Origin: Actinophytocola sp.
GTDB taxonomy: Bacteria > Actinomycetota > Actinomycetes > Mycobacteriales > Pseudonocardiaceae
Assembly: GCA_009377385.1 (NCBI GenBank)
Contig: WHUD01000009.1
Location: 1,345-65,344 of the forward strand
Length of the DNA stretch: 64,000 nt
Direction: 5' to 3'
A model generated the notes under the pieces. It was not told where the DNA came from and did no database searches. It worked only from the letters and a program-made list of their open reading frames with translations. Each line of letters starts with the position of its first letter. Positions within the stretch are counted from its first letter, which is position 1. Below, in pieces: positions 41,722 to 50,842 of this stretch. The position numbers and the translations under genes are program-made.

Positions 41722-42168
41722 GTGACTGACCATCGCGCGCAGGTCGACGAACTGCTCGCGGACTACGCCAGGAGCAGGGAGCTGCTCGCGACGGCGCACC
41801 AGCGTCTCGCCGCGATCACGGCGACCGAGCGCAGCGCGGACGGTGCCATCGCCGTCACCGTTGGGTCGCGCGGCACGCTGACCGGGCTCACCCTGTCGGA
41901 CGACGTCTTCCACGCGCACCGGCCGTCCGAGCTGGCGAACGAAATCCTGCGGCTGGCGTCATCAGCGTCCCAGCGGGCACTCGCCGAGGCAGCCGACGTC
42001 CTCGCGCCGACGTTGCCAGCGGACGTTGACCCGAAGGCGACGCTGCTGGGCACCGCCGATCTCACACCGGACGAAGTCGCGCCAGAGCCGACTCCACGCG
42101 ACGACCCTGAGGACGACGACTTCGCCGCAACCAACTGGCTTGCCGAAGGGCGGCGGGGCCCCTCATGA
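41722..42168 (+). CDS. YbaB/EbfC-like protein (type VII secretion-associated type)
   Basis: ATERSADGAIAVTVGSRGTLTGLTLS motif, acidic tail ending DDDF...WL; RBS GGAGG. Confidence 0.75.
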   Translation: MTDHRAQVDELLADYARSRELLATAHQRLAAITATERSADGAIAVTVGSRGTLTGLTLSDDVFHAHRPSELANEILRLASSASQRALAEAADVLAPTLPADVDPKATLLGTADLTPDEVAPEPTPRDDPEDDDFAATNWLAEGRRGPS

Positions 42169-42497
42169 GCGATGGTTGGTCCGCCGACGTCGAGCGTGTC
42201 GCCAAGCACGCGCACGACTTCGACACACACGCCCAACGCGCCACTCGCATCGCGAACGCGCTCAGGGACGCGTTGGACGCCACCGGTGCGCCGTGGGGCT
42301 CCGACGAGGTCGGCAGCAGCTTCGACGCCACCCACCGGTCGGCGGCGGACTCCGCACTGGCGCTCTTCACCGGTCTGGGCGACACACTCGGTCGGATGGG
42401 TGCCCGGCTGGCCGATGCTGCGAAGACCTACCAAGCAACCGACGACGCGGGCGCCGACGACGTCGGCCGCATCGCACGCAGGGTCGATCAGGCATAG
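42165..42497 (+). CDS. WXG100-like type VII secretion substrate
   Basis: 110 aa, helical, central PWGSDEVG and C-terminal AKTYQATDD (YxxxD/E signal). Confidence 0.75.
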   Translation: MSDGWSADVERVAKHAHDFDTHAQRATRIANALRDALDATGAPWGSDEVGSSFDATHRSAADSALALFTGLGDTLGRMGARLADAAKTYQATDDAGADDVGRIARRVDQA

Positions 42498-42505
42498 GGG
42501 TCGCC

Positions 42506-44461
42506 GTGGGGATCGAACTGCCGAGCGAGTTGGCCGACATCGCCGCCCGCACCGGCGCGCGTTGGCCAGAAGCAGATGAAGACGCCATGCGGGAGCAAGC
42601 ACGTGCCTGGCGCGATGCGGCCAGTCAGCTCACCACGCTCGCGGGTGACGCCGATGCGTCCGCCAACGGCACGTTCGATGGCATGTCGGGCGAAGGTGCC
42701 AGGGCGGCACGGACGTCGTGGACCCGCGTCGTCGACACCGACAGCGGCGACCTGGGCAAGGCCGCCCGAGGCGCGACCGATGCGGCTGACCGGCTGGAGC
42801 GCGCGGCTGATCGGATCGCGGAGAGCAAGGTGGAGATGGTGCGGCAGTTGACCGGCGCGGCCCGCCAGGTCGACGCCGCCGACGCGGCGGCAGACGGCGG
42901 CCATCCCGGCGCGCTGGCCGGGGTGTCGACGCTGCTCGGCAAGACGTCGGCAAACCTCGACGCCACCGCGAACACGCTGGTGGGGGCGGTAGCCGAGCCG
43001 GTGCGGGGTGCATCCGGGCTGGGGTCTCCTGGCGGAGTCGACTCCGTTGTGGACGCCCCCGGCCATGTCCCCGGCGATGCGGCTCGGGATGTCCCCGGCG
43101 ATGAGCCTGGGGGCGCCCCTGGCGGCGCGCCCGGGGGCGGCCGGGGCAGCGTGCCAGGGGACGCGCCTGGCAGCGTTCCCGATGCTGTCTCGCCTACCGC
43201 GCCGACACCGCCGTCCGGCGTGCCGATCGCAGGTAATACGTACGTCGACGCGCCGACACCGCCCTCGGGGCAACCGGCCAACGCCGCCCCGCCCGGTGTG
43301 CCACCGCACGGTGTCTATCCCGGCAGCCAGCCGCCGATCGACGGCAGCACGGGGCTCGCGGGCTACGCCGACGCACCCGCCGCGCCGCCAGCCCCGGCCG
43401 CACCGCCCGCAGGCGCGGGGCCGGTCGGCGGCCCGCCAGCGGCCGGCTACACCGCCCCCGGAGCGGGCGTGGGTGCGGCTCCGCTCGGCGGGGGTGCGGC
43501 GTCGCCACCGCCGCAGGGCGGTGCGGCCGGACAACCGCCACCGGCGCAGCCAGGGCAGGGCTCGCAGCGACCCGCGCCGCAGCCACAACCCGAGCCGGTG
43601 GTCAGCACCGGGACGCCCCGGAAAGACAGGAACAGCGTCGCGCTGTTCCTCGTGCACATGTTCCCGATTGGGCACCTGCCCGTCCCGGCGAGCGCCCCCG
43701 CGTACCAGCTCCCGCCGCAGCACGAGGAGGCCGACTTCGCGACCGGCCTGCGATTCCCGCCGCACGATCATCCCGAGTCGCATCTCATCGACCCTGCCGA
43801 GCCGCCGGAACCCGATGCGGGCGCCGACCAGGCGGTGCGCGGGCTGCCAGCGGAGCACCCCGCCGTCACGGACCTGTGCGCCGACGACGACCCGCTCGCC
43901 GCGACCACAGGGCAGGACTGGCACCGGCGCTACGTCGTCGCCCGTGACAGCACCCAGGTGGAGTACGTGTGGCCACCCGGAGAGCTGTACCCGGAGGGCG
44001 GCCGTGAGCGCGGCGAGCCGATCGTCCTGCCAGCGGGGACGATGCTCGACCGGTTCGGGGATGACCACGGGCGGGTGTTCGCCGCCGACCGCACGCCGTA
44101 CGCCGCGCGGTCGCTGCCGCCGGCCCGGCTGGACAGCGGCTACCACCGATACCGTGTGCTGCGCGAGCTACCCGTGTGGGCGGCCGAGACCGCGACCTGG
44201 TTCGGCCAGCCCGGCGGAGGCCTGCGCTACCGCGCCGTCTACCCGGTGACGGACCTCATCGCGCTGGGCTACCTCGCGGAAGTCACCCCGGACGTCAAGA
44301 GCGGCGGGTCAGGCGGGCCCGATGACACCGGCGGCACCGACGGGCCCGACGAGGCCAATGTCGACGGCGGCAACCCCGCCGAGCCCAACGAGACCGAGCG
44401 CGCCGAGCCCGAGAGCGCTCCGACCATGACCGAACGATCCAAGACGGGAGATGACACATGA
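42506..44461 (+). CDS. CpnT-like polymorphic toxin: WXG100-like N-terminus, Pro/Gly linker, C-terminal TNT (NAD glycohydrolase-like) domain
   Basis: N-terminal GIELPSEL...WPEADEDAM...AW; C-terminal LPAGTMLDRFG, RSLPP, YHRYRV, WFGQPGGG, L..GYL.EV. Confidence 0.85.
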   Translation: MGIELPSELADIAARTGARWPEADEDAMREQARAWRDAASQLTTLAGDADASANGTFDGMSGEGARAARTSWTRVVDTDSGDLGKAARGATDAADRLERAADRIAESKVEMVRQLTGAARQVDAADAAADGGHPGALAGVSTLLGKTSANLDATANTLVGAVAEPVRGASGLGSPGGVDSVVDAPGHVPGDAARDVPGDEPGGAPGGAPGGGRGSVPGDAPGSVPDAVSPTAPTPPSGVPIAGNTYVDAPTPPSGQPANAAPPGVPPHGVYPGSQPPIDGSTGLAGYADAPAAPPAPAAPPAGAGPVGGPPAAGYTAPGAGVGAAPLGGGAASPPPQGGAAGQPPPAQPGQGSQRPAPQPQPEPVVSTGTPRKDRNSVALFLVHMFPIGHLPVPASAPAYQLPPQHEEADFATGLRFPPHDHPESHLIDPAEPPEPDAGADQAVRGLPAEHPAVTDLCADDDPLAATTGQDWHRRYVVARDSTQVEYVWPPGELYPEGGRERGEPIVLPAGTMLDRFGDDHGRVFAADRTPYAARSLPPARLDSGYHRYRVLRELPVWAAETATWFGQPGGGLRYRAVYPVTDLIALGYLAEVTPDVKSGGSGGPDDTGGTDGPDEANVDGGNPAEPNETERAEPESAPTMTERSKTGDDT

Positions 44462-44769
44462 ACGTCGAGTCGATCGCGAAGTGGCTGACCGCCATCGGTG
44501 TCCCGTCCGAGGTGGTCTCCATCGGCGCGGAAGCCGACAACGCCTGGTGCGTGCTGCGCGCCGAACGGCAGGTTTCAGTTGGCGACGACCAGGCCCGGCA
44601 GGAGACCGTGTGGGAAGTCTTCTGGCGTGAGCAGGGCAATCGCTACGACTGGGCGTGCTTCAGCAGCGAGCAGGTCGCCTGCAACTACCTGTTCGGGCGA
44701 CTCGCCTGGACCCAGGTCGCACGCGGCGCGGTCGGGTTGCTGCCGCCAAAGGAGAACGAGCCAGTCTAG
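44458..44769 (+). CDS. Probable TNT immunity protein (IFT-like)
   Basis: Small ORF overlapping the toxin stop (ATGA); DNAWC, WEVFWREQGNRYDWACFSSEQVAC pattern. Confidence 0.7.
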   Translation: MNVESIAKWLTAIGVPSEVVSIGAEADNAWCVLRAERQVSVGDDQARQETVWEVFWREQGNRYDWACFSSEQVACNYLFGRLAWTQVARGAVGLLPPKENEPV

Positions 44770-44940
44770 TCACGCCGCGCCAGGAACACACCGTCAGCGG
44801 CCCGAGCTCGGCCAGCCGGTCGATGACCATCCGCGCCCCAGCCCGGCGGTTGCCGAGCAACGGCGTCCAGAGCTCGTGCACGGCGGAGGCCGGGTCGGCG
44901 GCCCGCCGCACGGCATCGAGATCCTCGGGCCGCCGCCGTT

Positions 44941-45732
44941 CTAACCCAGCATCCGCAACGCAGCATCGTGCAGCGTGCCGTTCGTCGACAGCGCGTTGCC
45001 ACCGTCGAACCGCTCCACTCCGGACAGATCGGAGAACCGCCCGCCCGCCTCGCTGACCAGGACCTGCATCGGCGCGACGTCCCACGGGTTCACGATCGGC
45101 TCTGTCGCGATGTCGATCACACCCTCCGCGACGAGGCAGTGCGACCAGAAATCACCGAACGCGCGGTTCTCCCAGCACGCCTCGACGAGCCGGAGGTACG
45201 CGGGCAGGCTGTGGTACTCCGTCCAGGTGTTCAGGTTCGTCGTGGACAGGTAGGCGTCAGCCAGTTCCGACACGCCCGAGACGCCGATCCGCCGCTGCTC
45301 GCCGGCGACGTCCGACGTGAACGCCCCGCCGCCTCGGAGTGCCCACCATCGCTTGCCGAGCGCGGGCGCGCTGACCATGCCCACCGCAGGCACGCCGTCC
45401 TCGACGAGCGCGATCAGCGTCGCCCACGCCGGGATGCCGCGCAGGTAGTTCTTCGTTCCGTCGATCGGGTCAAGGATCCACGTCCTGCCGCCGAGCTCGT
45501 CGGCGTTGAACCCGCCCCGCTCCTCACCTGCGATCGCGTCGTCGGGGCGCTCGGCGGCCAGCACCTCGCGGATGGCGTCCTCGACGGCGACATCGGCGTC
45601 GGTGACCGGCGTGCGGTCGGGCTTTCTCGTCACTGTCAGGTCGGCCGATGTGAATCGATCGGTCGTGATGGCGTCAGCGACATCTGCGAGTTGTGCGGCG
45701 ACTGCGTAGTCTGCGAGATAATTGCGAGTCAC
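44941..45732 (-). CDS. hisN: Histidinol-phosphatase (inositol monophosphatase family)
   Basis: KPDRTPVTDAD, GEE, WILDPIDGTKNY, AFGDFWSH, WDVAP. Confidence 0.88.
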   Translation of the reverse strand: MTRNYLADYAVAAQLADVADAITTDRFTSADLTVTRKPDRTPVTDADVAVEDAIREVLAAERPDDAIAGEERGGFNADELGGRTWILDPIDGTKNYLRGIPAWATLIALVEDGVPAVGMVSAPALGKRWWALRGGGAFTSDVAGEQRRIGVSGVSELADAYLSTTNLNTWTEYHSLPAYLRLVEACWENRAFGDFWSHCLVAEGVIDIATEPIVNPWDVAPMQVLVSEAGGRFSDLSGVERFDGGNALSTNGTLHDAALRMLG

Positions 45733-45775
45733 AGACAACGATGTTTTCACGTACTGGAGTCGTAGAGTGATCCAG

Positions 45776-46492
45776 GTGAACATGGTTCTACTCGCCGAGG
45801 ACGACCCGGCGATCGCTGACCCGCTCTCTCGTGCGCTTCATCGCGAGGGCTACGAGGTGGAGGTCGTCTCCGATGGGCCGAGTGTCCTCGACGCGACTCA
45901 GCGACAACAAGTGAACCTGCTCGTGCTCGATCTCGGGCTGCCGAGCATGGATGGCCTCGAAGTGTGCCGGCGACTGCGCTCGCGCGGCGACGACCTGCCG
46001 GTGCTGATGCTCACCGCGCGCACCGACGAGGTCGACTTCGTTGTCGGGCTCGACGCAGGGGCCGACGACTACGTGGCGAAGCCGTTCCGGCTGGCCGAGC
46101 TGCTCGCCAGAATCAGAGCACTGCTGCGCAGACAGGCCCCCGACATCCTGGAAGCCGCCGGGGTGCGGATGGACGTCGGCGGCAGGCTGGTCACCGTCGA
46201 TGGCGCGGAGGTGCAGCTCGCCAACAAGGAGTTCGAGCTGCTGCGGGTCCTGCTCACCCGTGCTGGGCAGGTCGTCAGCAGGGAGGAGATCCTCGCCGAG
46301 GTGTGGAACGACCTCGACGCCAAGACCACCAAGACGCTGGACATGCACATGTCCTGGCTGAGACGCAAGCTCGCGATCGCGGCGGGTGACATCGACGGCA
46401 CAGGAACCAAGCAGTCGAGCACCCCGCATGCCGACGCGGAGCGGCGAATCGCCACGGTGCGTGGCGTCGGCTTCCGCTTCAATGTCGACTAG
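45776..46492 (+). CDS. OmpR family response regulator
   Basis: LLAEDD, VLDLGLP, LTAR, GADDYVAKPF, winged-helix TVRGVGFRF. Confidence 0.94.
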   Translation: MNMVLLAEDDPAIADPLSRALHREGYEVEVVSDGPSVLDATQRQQVNLLVLDLGLPSMDGLEVCRRLRSRGDDLPVLMLTARTDEVDFVVGLDAGADDYVAKPFRLAELLARIRALLRRQAPDILEAAGVRMDVGGRLVTVDGAEVQLANKEFELLRVLLTRAGQVVSREEILAEVWNDLDAKTTKTLDMHMSWLRRKLAIAAGDIDGTGTKQSSTPHADAERRIATVRGVGFRFNVD

Positions 46493-46509
46493 CACGCGGG
46501 AGCCGCCCA

Positions 46510-47796
46510 GTGCATCGCCGTATCCTCCTCGCGATTTTGCTCGCCGTCGCCGTGACAGGCGCCGCGCTGGGCATTCCGCTGGGGATCACGGCGTCGCTGC
46601 TGGTCAACAGCATGGCGAGCGAGGACCTGAAAACCCGCGCGCAGCGCATCGTCAAGCAGCTCGACAAGGACATCGCTGAGGGCGAAAGCATCGACACCGA
46701 GCGGGTCGGCCTCGCGGTTCCCGCTGGCGGCTACCTCGTGGTGCACGGGCCGAAGGGCCAGGTGTACCGGGAGGGCACCAAGCCGAAGGGCGGCACGCTC
46801 AGCGAGGAGTCCAACCTCGCGGGCACCGGCACGGTGAAGCTCTCGGTGCCTGCCGAGCCGGTGCGGTCGCGGCAGACGCAGGTGACCGTCGCGGTGCTGC
46901 TGCTCGCGGTGCTGTCGGTTGGCACGGGCATGGTGGTGGCCACGGTGACCGCACGGCGGCTGGCGCGGCCGCTGCGGGACATCTCCATCCGCGCCGCACG
47001 GCTCGGTGCTGGCGACTTCCGACCGGACATCAGCCGCTACAACATGCGCGAGCTGGACATGGTCGCCGACGCGCTCGACACATCGGCCGACGCGCTGTCC
47101 ACCCTCGTGCGCCGCGAGCGGCAGTTCGTCGGCGACGTCTCGCACCAGCTCCGCAGCAGGCTGACCGCGATCCAGCTCCGGCTCGACCCGCTGACGACGC
47201 ACACCGACCCCGAGGTCGCAGAGGATTCGGTCGCGGCGCAGGAGCAGGCCGACCAGCTTGCCGCCGTGCTTGACGAGCTGCTTGCCGCTGCACGGGCGGC
47301 GCGGGAGGCTGGTGCTGAGCCGGTCGACCTGTCCGCCGTCCTCAAGACGATAGCGATCGAGTGGCGGCAGATCTTCAGCTCGGAGGGCCGCACGCTGCGG
47401 CTGCGCATCGGTAAGGGACTCATCGCGCGAGTCACCCCCGCGCGTCTCCGCGAGGTCGTCGGGGTGCTGCTCGACAACGCCCGCAAGCACGGCGCAGGCA
47501 CCGTGACCATGGCCGCGCGCAGCGGCGACACCGACGGCACGGTCGTCGTCACGGTGGCCGACCACGGCCAGGGCGTGCCGGACGCCCTCGCGCCGCACAT
47601 CTTCGACCGGGGCGTCTCGGGGGCGGGGTCGACCGGTGTCGGGCTGGCACTGGCCCGCGCGCTCGTCGAGGCAGACGGCGGCAGGCTGGAGCTGTCCGTG
47701 CAGCGGCCTGCGACGTTCAGCGTGTTCCTGCTCGTGCCCCGCTCGACGGACCTGTCAACGGTGAAGCTGACGAGGACGGCGGGCTCCCCGCGCTGA
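46510..47796 (+). CDS. Sensor histidine kinase
   Basis: Two TMs, HAMP, H-box DVSHQLRSRLT, N-box LLDNARKHG, G-boxes DHGQG and GVGL. Confidence 0.93.
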   Translation: MHRRILLAILLAVAVTGAALGIPLGITASLLVNSMASEDLKTRAQRIVKQLDKDIAEGESIDTERVGLAVPAGGYLVVHGPKGQVYREGTKPKGGTLSEESNLAGTGTVKLSVPAEPVRSRQTQVTVAVLLLAVLSVGTGMVVATVTARRLARPLRDISIRAARLGAGDFRPDISRYNMRELDMVADALDTSADALSTLVRRERQFVGDVSHQLRSRLTAIQLRLDPLTTHTDPEVAEDSVAAQEQADQLAAVLDELLAAARAAREAGAEPVDLSAVLKTIAIEWRQIFSSEGRTLRLRIGKGLIARVTPARLREVVGVLLDNARKHGAGTVTMAARSGDTDGTVVVTVADHGQGVPDALAPHIFDRGVSGAGSTGVGLALARALVEADGGRLELSVQRPATFSVFLLVPRSTDLSTVKLTRTAGSPR

Positions 47797-47842
47797 ACGG
47801 CGCTTTCGCTGCATCCAACGCAGCGAAAGCGTCATTCACCGC
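47790..47842. repeat. REP-like palindrome / bidirectional terminator
   Basis: GCGCTGAACGGCGCTTTCGCTGC-atccaac-GCAGCGAAAGCGTCATTCACCGC between convergent genes. Confidence 0.85.
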
Positions 47843-47847
47843 ACGCG

Positions 47848-48336
47848 TCAGCCCAGCTCGTCGGGGAACACCCACTTCCGGTATCCCCAGAAACGGAACA
47901 GCATCGCCAGCAGCATGCCGATGATCGACCCGCTTGTGAAGTCAGCGACCTCCTGCACCCACAGCGAGACGTGCGGGACCTCGAGGTCGAGTATGTATCG
48001 GGAGGTGTACAGCGGGATCAGGTTGATGACGATCGCGCCCCCGCTGACCAGGAAGAACAACGCCGCCTCGTGGTGCCGCTCCCTGCCGCCCCTCGCCCGG
48101 AACGACCACTCGCGGTTGAGGACGTAGGACACGATCGTGGCGACGAGGATCGCGATTCCCTTGGCCGTTGTCGGCTTGGTGTCAAGCACCGTCAGCTTGA
48201 GCAGGTACCAGACCCCGTTGTCCACAAGGAACGCCGTGCCGCCGACGATGCCGAACTTCAGCAGCTCCCGATGTTTGATCATGATCGAACGGAGCGGCTC
48301 AGGCACGACTGCCAGCAAGTTCTCGACTACAGCCAC
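47848..48336 (-). CDS. GtrA family protein
   Basis: ELLKFGIVGG, SYVLNREWSF, FRFWGYRKWVF. Confidence 0.9.
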   Translation of the reverse strand: MAVVENLLAVVPEPLRSIMIKHRELLKFGIVGGTAFLVDNGVWYLLKLTVLDTKPTTAKGIAILVATIVSYVLNREWSFRARGGRERHHEAALFFLVSGGAIVINLIPLYTSRYILDLEVPHVSLWVQEVADFTSGSIIGMLLAMLFRFWGYRKWVFPDELG

Positions 48337-48387
48337 GGGCGCAGTCTACTTGCGGGCTACGGCGACGGTGGCCGGAAGTGCACGTTG

Positions 48388-50535
48388 CTATCTGACGTCC
48401 AGCAGTGATCGCAGGAAGCTCCGCATGCCGTGCGATCCCGGCCCGTGGTCGGCGGCAGGTTCGTGGTCATGCGCGCGGCCGGGGTCGGACGCGGGCGAGG
48501 GCGACCCTGACGGGCTCGGTGGCGCGGATCCGGACGGCGTCGCCGGTTCAGGCGGGTCCTCGTCCTCCTCCGCTGGCAGCGGCGGCCCGCTGTTCTCCGG
48601 CGCGCAGACGGTGCCGACGCAGCGGACCGAGACCTCCTCGGTGTCGGAACCCTCGCCGAGGTGCGCGGTCACCACCACCATCTCGTTCTCCGGATAGCCG
48701 GACAGCACGGTGTGGAAGTGCACCTCCTCGCCAGGCGCGAGTGGTTCGTCTGTGCGGCATGTGGTGCTGTCTGCGTCATCGGTGCACGTGGCATCGCCGT
48801 GCCCGCCCTGCGCCAGCATGGGCTGGTCGATGTCGACGACGGCGCGTTTCGTCGTCTCACCCGTGTTGGTGACGTTGATCTTCAGGATGCGCCCGACGTT
48901 GTGGACGTCGAGCTCGACGTCGTCGACGGGCGGGGGCGGCGGTGGCACCTCGTACGGCACGCTGATCACGAGCGGCTGCGCGTTGCCGCTTTGCACCGTT
49001 CCCCTGATCTTGCCTGGGTCGGCGCGCTTGTCCGCGACCAGTCGGAACAGCAGCGTGACCGACTCGTCCGGCTCAAGCCCTCTGCCTGAGCTGCAGCTCA
49101 CCTTGTTCGTGCCGCCGGGGCAGCGCACGGTGCGCGCCGACTGCGGTGGGGCTGCCTTGCGCTGCGGGCCGGACATCGGCGCGCTGCCGCCACCCGGCGG
49201 CGGGACCGCCCGCACGCCCTTGGGCAGGTCGAGGGTCACCACGACCGGATCGGACTTCGTCTCGCCGTCGTTGCGGACCGTGATCGGCAGGTCGACCGGA
49301 CCGCCGCCCGGTTCGAGCTGGACGCCGTCGTCCGGGGTGCTCACCACGAGCTCCGGTGGCGCGGGCAGCTCAGGCGGCGCTGGTTCCGGCTCGGGAGCGA
49401 TCTGCGGCTCCGGTGGTGGCGCCGGGGGAGCGGGTGGCTCCGGCTGCGGCGCTTCCGGCGCTGGCTTCTGCGATGGCGGTGCTGGCTCGCTCGTCGCAGG
49501 CGCTTCGACCTTGGGCTGTATCGCCTGCGGGATCTGCTGCCCGCCGCCTGCGGTGAGGCCGACGGCGACGGCGGCGGCGATCGCGACACCGGACGCCGCG
49601 ACACCGAGGAACTGCCTCGGCGCGCCTGCGGCGGCACCGGCGGCACCCGCAGCACCGGACGACGACGCGGCGGCGCCTGCCGTCGCGGCGGCGGTCGCTC
49701 CCGCCGTCGCTGCGGCTGCCTTGCCAGCGCCGGCCGTCGCCAGGTACGCCAGCGCAGCGCCGCCGAGCACAAGCGGTGCGACGACCGCGCGCAGCGCACC
49801 GTTGACGTCGGCAAGCTCCGCGGCGAGAGCGCGGCACCGTTCGCACTCGTCGAGGTGGGCCTCGACCTGCGCGCGCTCGCGTTTGGACAGTCCGTCGCGG
49901 GTCCAGGCGCCGAGCCGGTCCGCCGTCGCGCGGCACCGCTTCTCGGTCGTCTCGGACAGGTGCACCTGCAGGTACGCCTGCCGCAGCCCTTCCCGCGCGC
50001 GGTAGGCGAGCGCGGAAACGCTGTTCGGCGTCAGCCCGAGTATCGGAGCCACATCGGCGGGCGACTGCTGCTCGATCTCGGTGTGCCACAGCACGGCCTG
50101 CCAGCGTTCTGGCAGCTTCGCGAACGCCTTGGCCGCCATGGAGCGTTCCAGCCCCGCGACGGCGGTGTCGGAGAACGGCACGGTCAGCGCCCCGCCGAGC
50201 GCGCTGGTGACCTCGCTCATGTCCTCGTTGAGGTCGACGCGCTTGTCCTTGCGGGTCTTGTCGTAAGCGGTGTGGCGCAGCGCGGTGAGGAGGTACGCGC
50301 GGAACGCGCTGTCGGGGCCCTTCCCTGCCCGCAACGTGTCGAGCACCTTCGCGAACGCCTCGCTGACCAGGTCGTCCGCCTCGGACCCCGACCGCGCGAG
50401 CTGCCTTGCGAGGTTGTATGCGGCGGAGACGTGGCGCTCGTAAAGCGGGCCGTATGCGGCGAGGTCGCCGTCACGAACAGCGGCGATCAGCTCGGCGTCG
50501 CTGTTGCCATCAGGCGTGGCGGGAACGGTCGACAC
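48388..50535 (-). CDS. ECF sigma factor fused to zinc-binding anti-sigma domain, TM segment and extracellular domains
   Basis: Region 2 (DDLVSEAF, FRAYL), region 4 (LPERWQAVL...YRAREGLR), HLDECERC ZAS motif, hydrophobic segment, Pro-rich linker; RBS AGGAGG before GTG 50535. Confidence 0.88.
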   Translation of the reverse strand: MSTVPATPDGNSDAELIAAVRDGDLAAYGPLYERHVSAAYNLARQLARSGSEADDLVSEAFAKVLDTLRAGKGPDSAFRAYLLTALRHTAYDKTRKDKRVDLNEDMSEVTSALGGALTVPFSDTAVAGLERSMAAKAFAKLPERWQAVLWHTEIEQQSPADVAPILGLTPNSVSALAYRAREGLRQAYLQVHLSETTEKRCRATADRLGAWTRDGLSKRERAQVEAHLDECERCRALAAELADVNGALRAVVAPLVLGGAALAYLATAGAGKAAAATAGATAAATAGAAASSSGAAGAAGAAAGAPRQFLGVAASGVAIAAAVAVGLTAGGGQQIPQAIQPKVEAPATSEPAPPSQKPAPEAPQPEPPAPPAPPPEPQIAPEPEPAPPELPAPPELVVSTPDDGVQLEPGGGPVDLPITVRNDGETKSDPVVVTLDLPKGVRAVPPPGGGSAPMSGPQRKAAPPQSARTVRCPGGTNKVSCSSGRGLEPDESVTLLFRLVADKRADPGKIRGTVQSGNAQPLVISVPYEVPPPPPPVDDVELDVHNVGRILKINVTNTGETTKRAVVDIDQPMLAQGGHGDATCTDDADSTTCRTDEPLAPGEEVHFHTVLSGYPENEMVVVTAHLGEGSDTEEVSVRCVGTVCAPENSGPPLPAEEDEDPPEPATPSGSAPPSPSGSPSPASDPGRAHDHEPAADHGPGSHGMRSFLRSLLDVR

Positions 50536-50842
50536 TGGGCTCCTCCTGGCTTGCGCTGGCTCGCTGTGCCAGCGATTCACAGTGTGACGGAGAACCCGTG
50601 TTCCGTCACGATGTGGGTCGGCTACAGATGGGTTAACGGGCGTGCGGAGTACCTGGATACGGCCGGTGACGCCGGCAGGAAACACCCGATCAGTGTTACC
50701 CCCAGTAATGCCTACCAGGGGTCGCGGCGGCCGAAGTTTTCTTGATCGCCGCCGTCACGTGGGCCGATGCCTGGCGTCTCCAGAGACGAGCTCCCGATGA
50801 GCTACCGTCTTCGTCTTCACGCAGCGTGCAGGCGTTGGCGGC

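Noticed and set aside
42026-42505. 811-aa version of the toxin ORF
   Set aside because: The extension overlaps two credible upstream genes; family-like N-terminus begins at GTG 42506.
43050-43600. Repeats inside the toxin gene as a separate element
   Set aside because: In-frame Pro/Gly/Ala low-complexity linker, typical of actinobacterial T7SS toxins.
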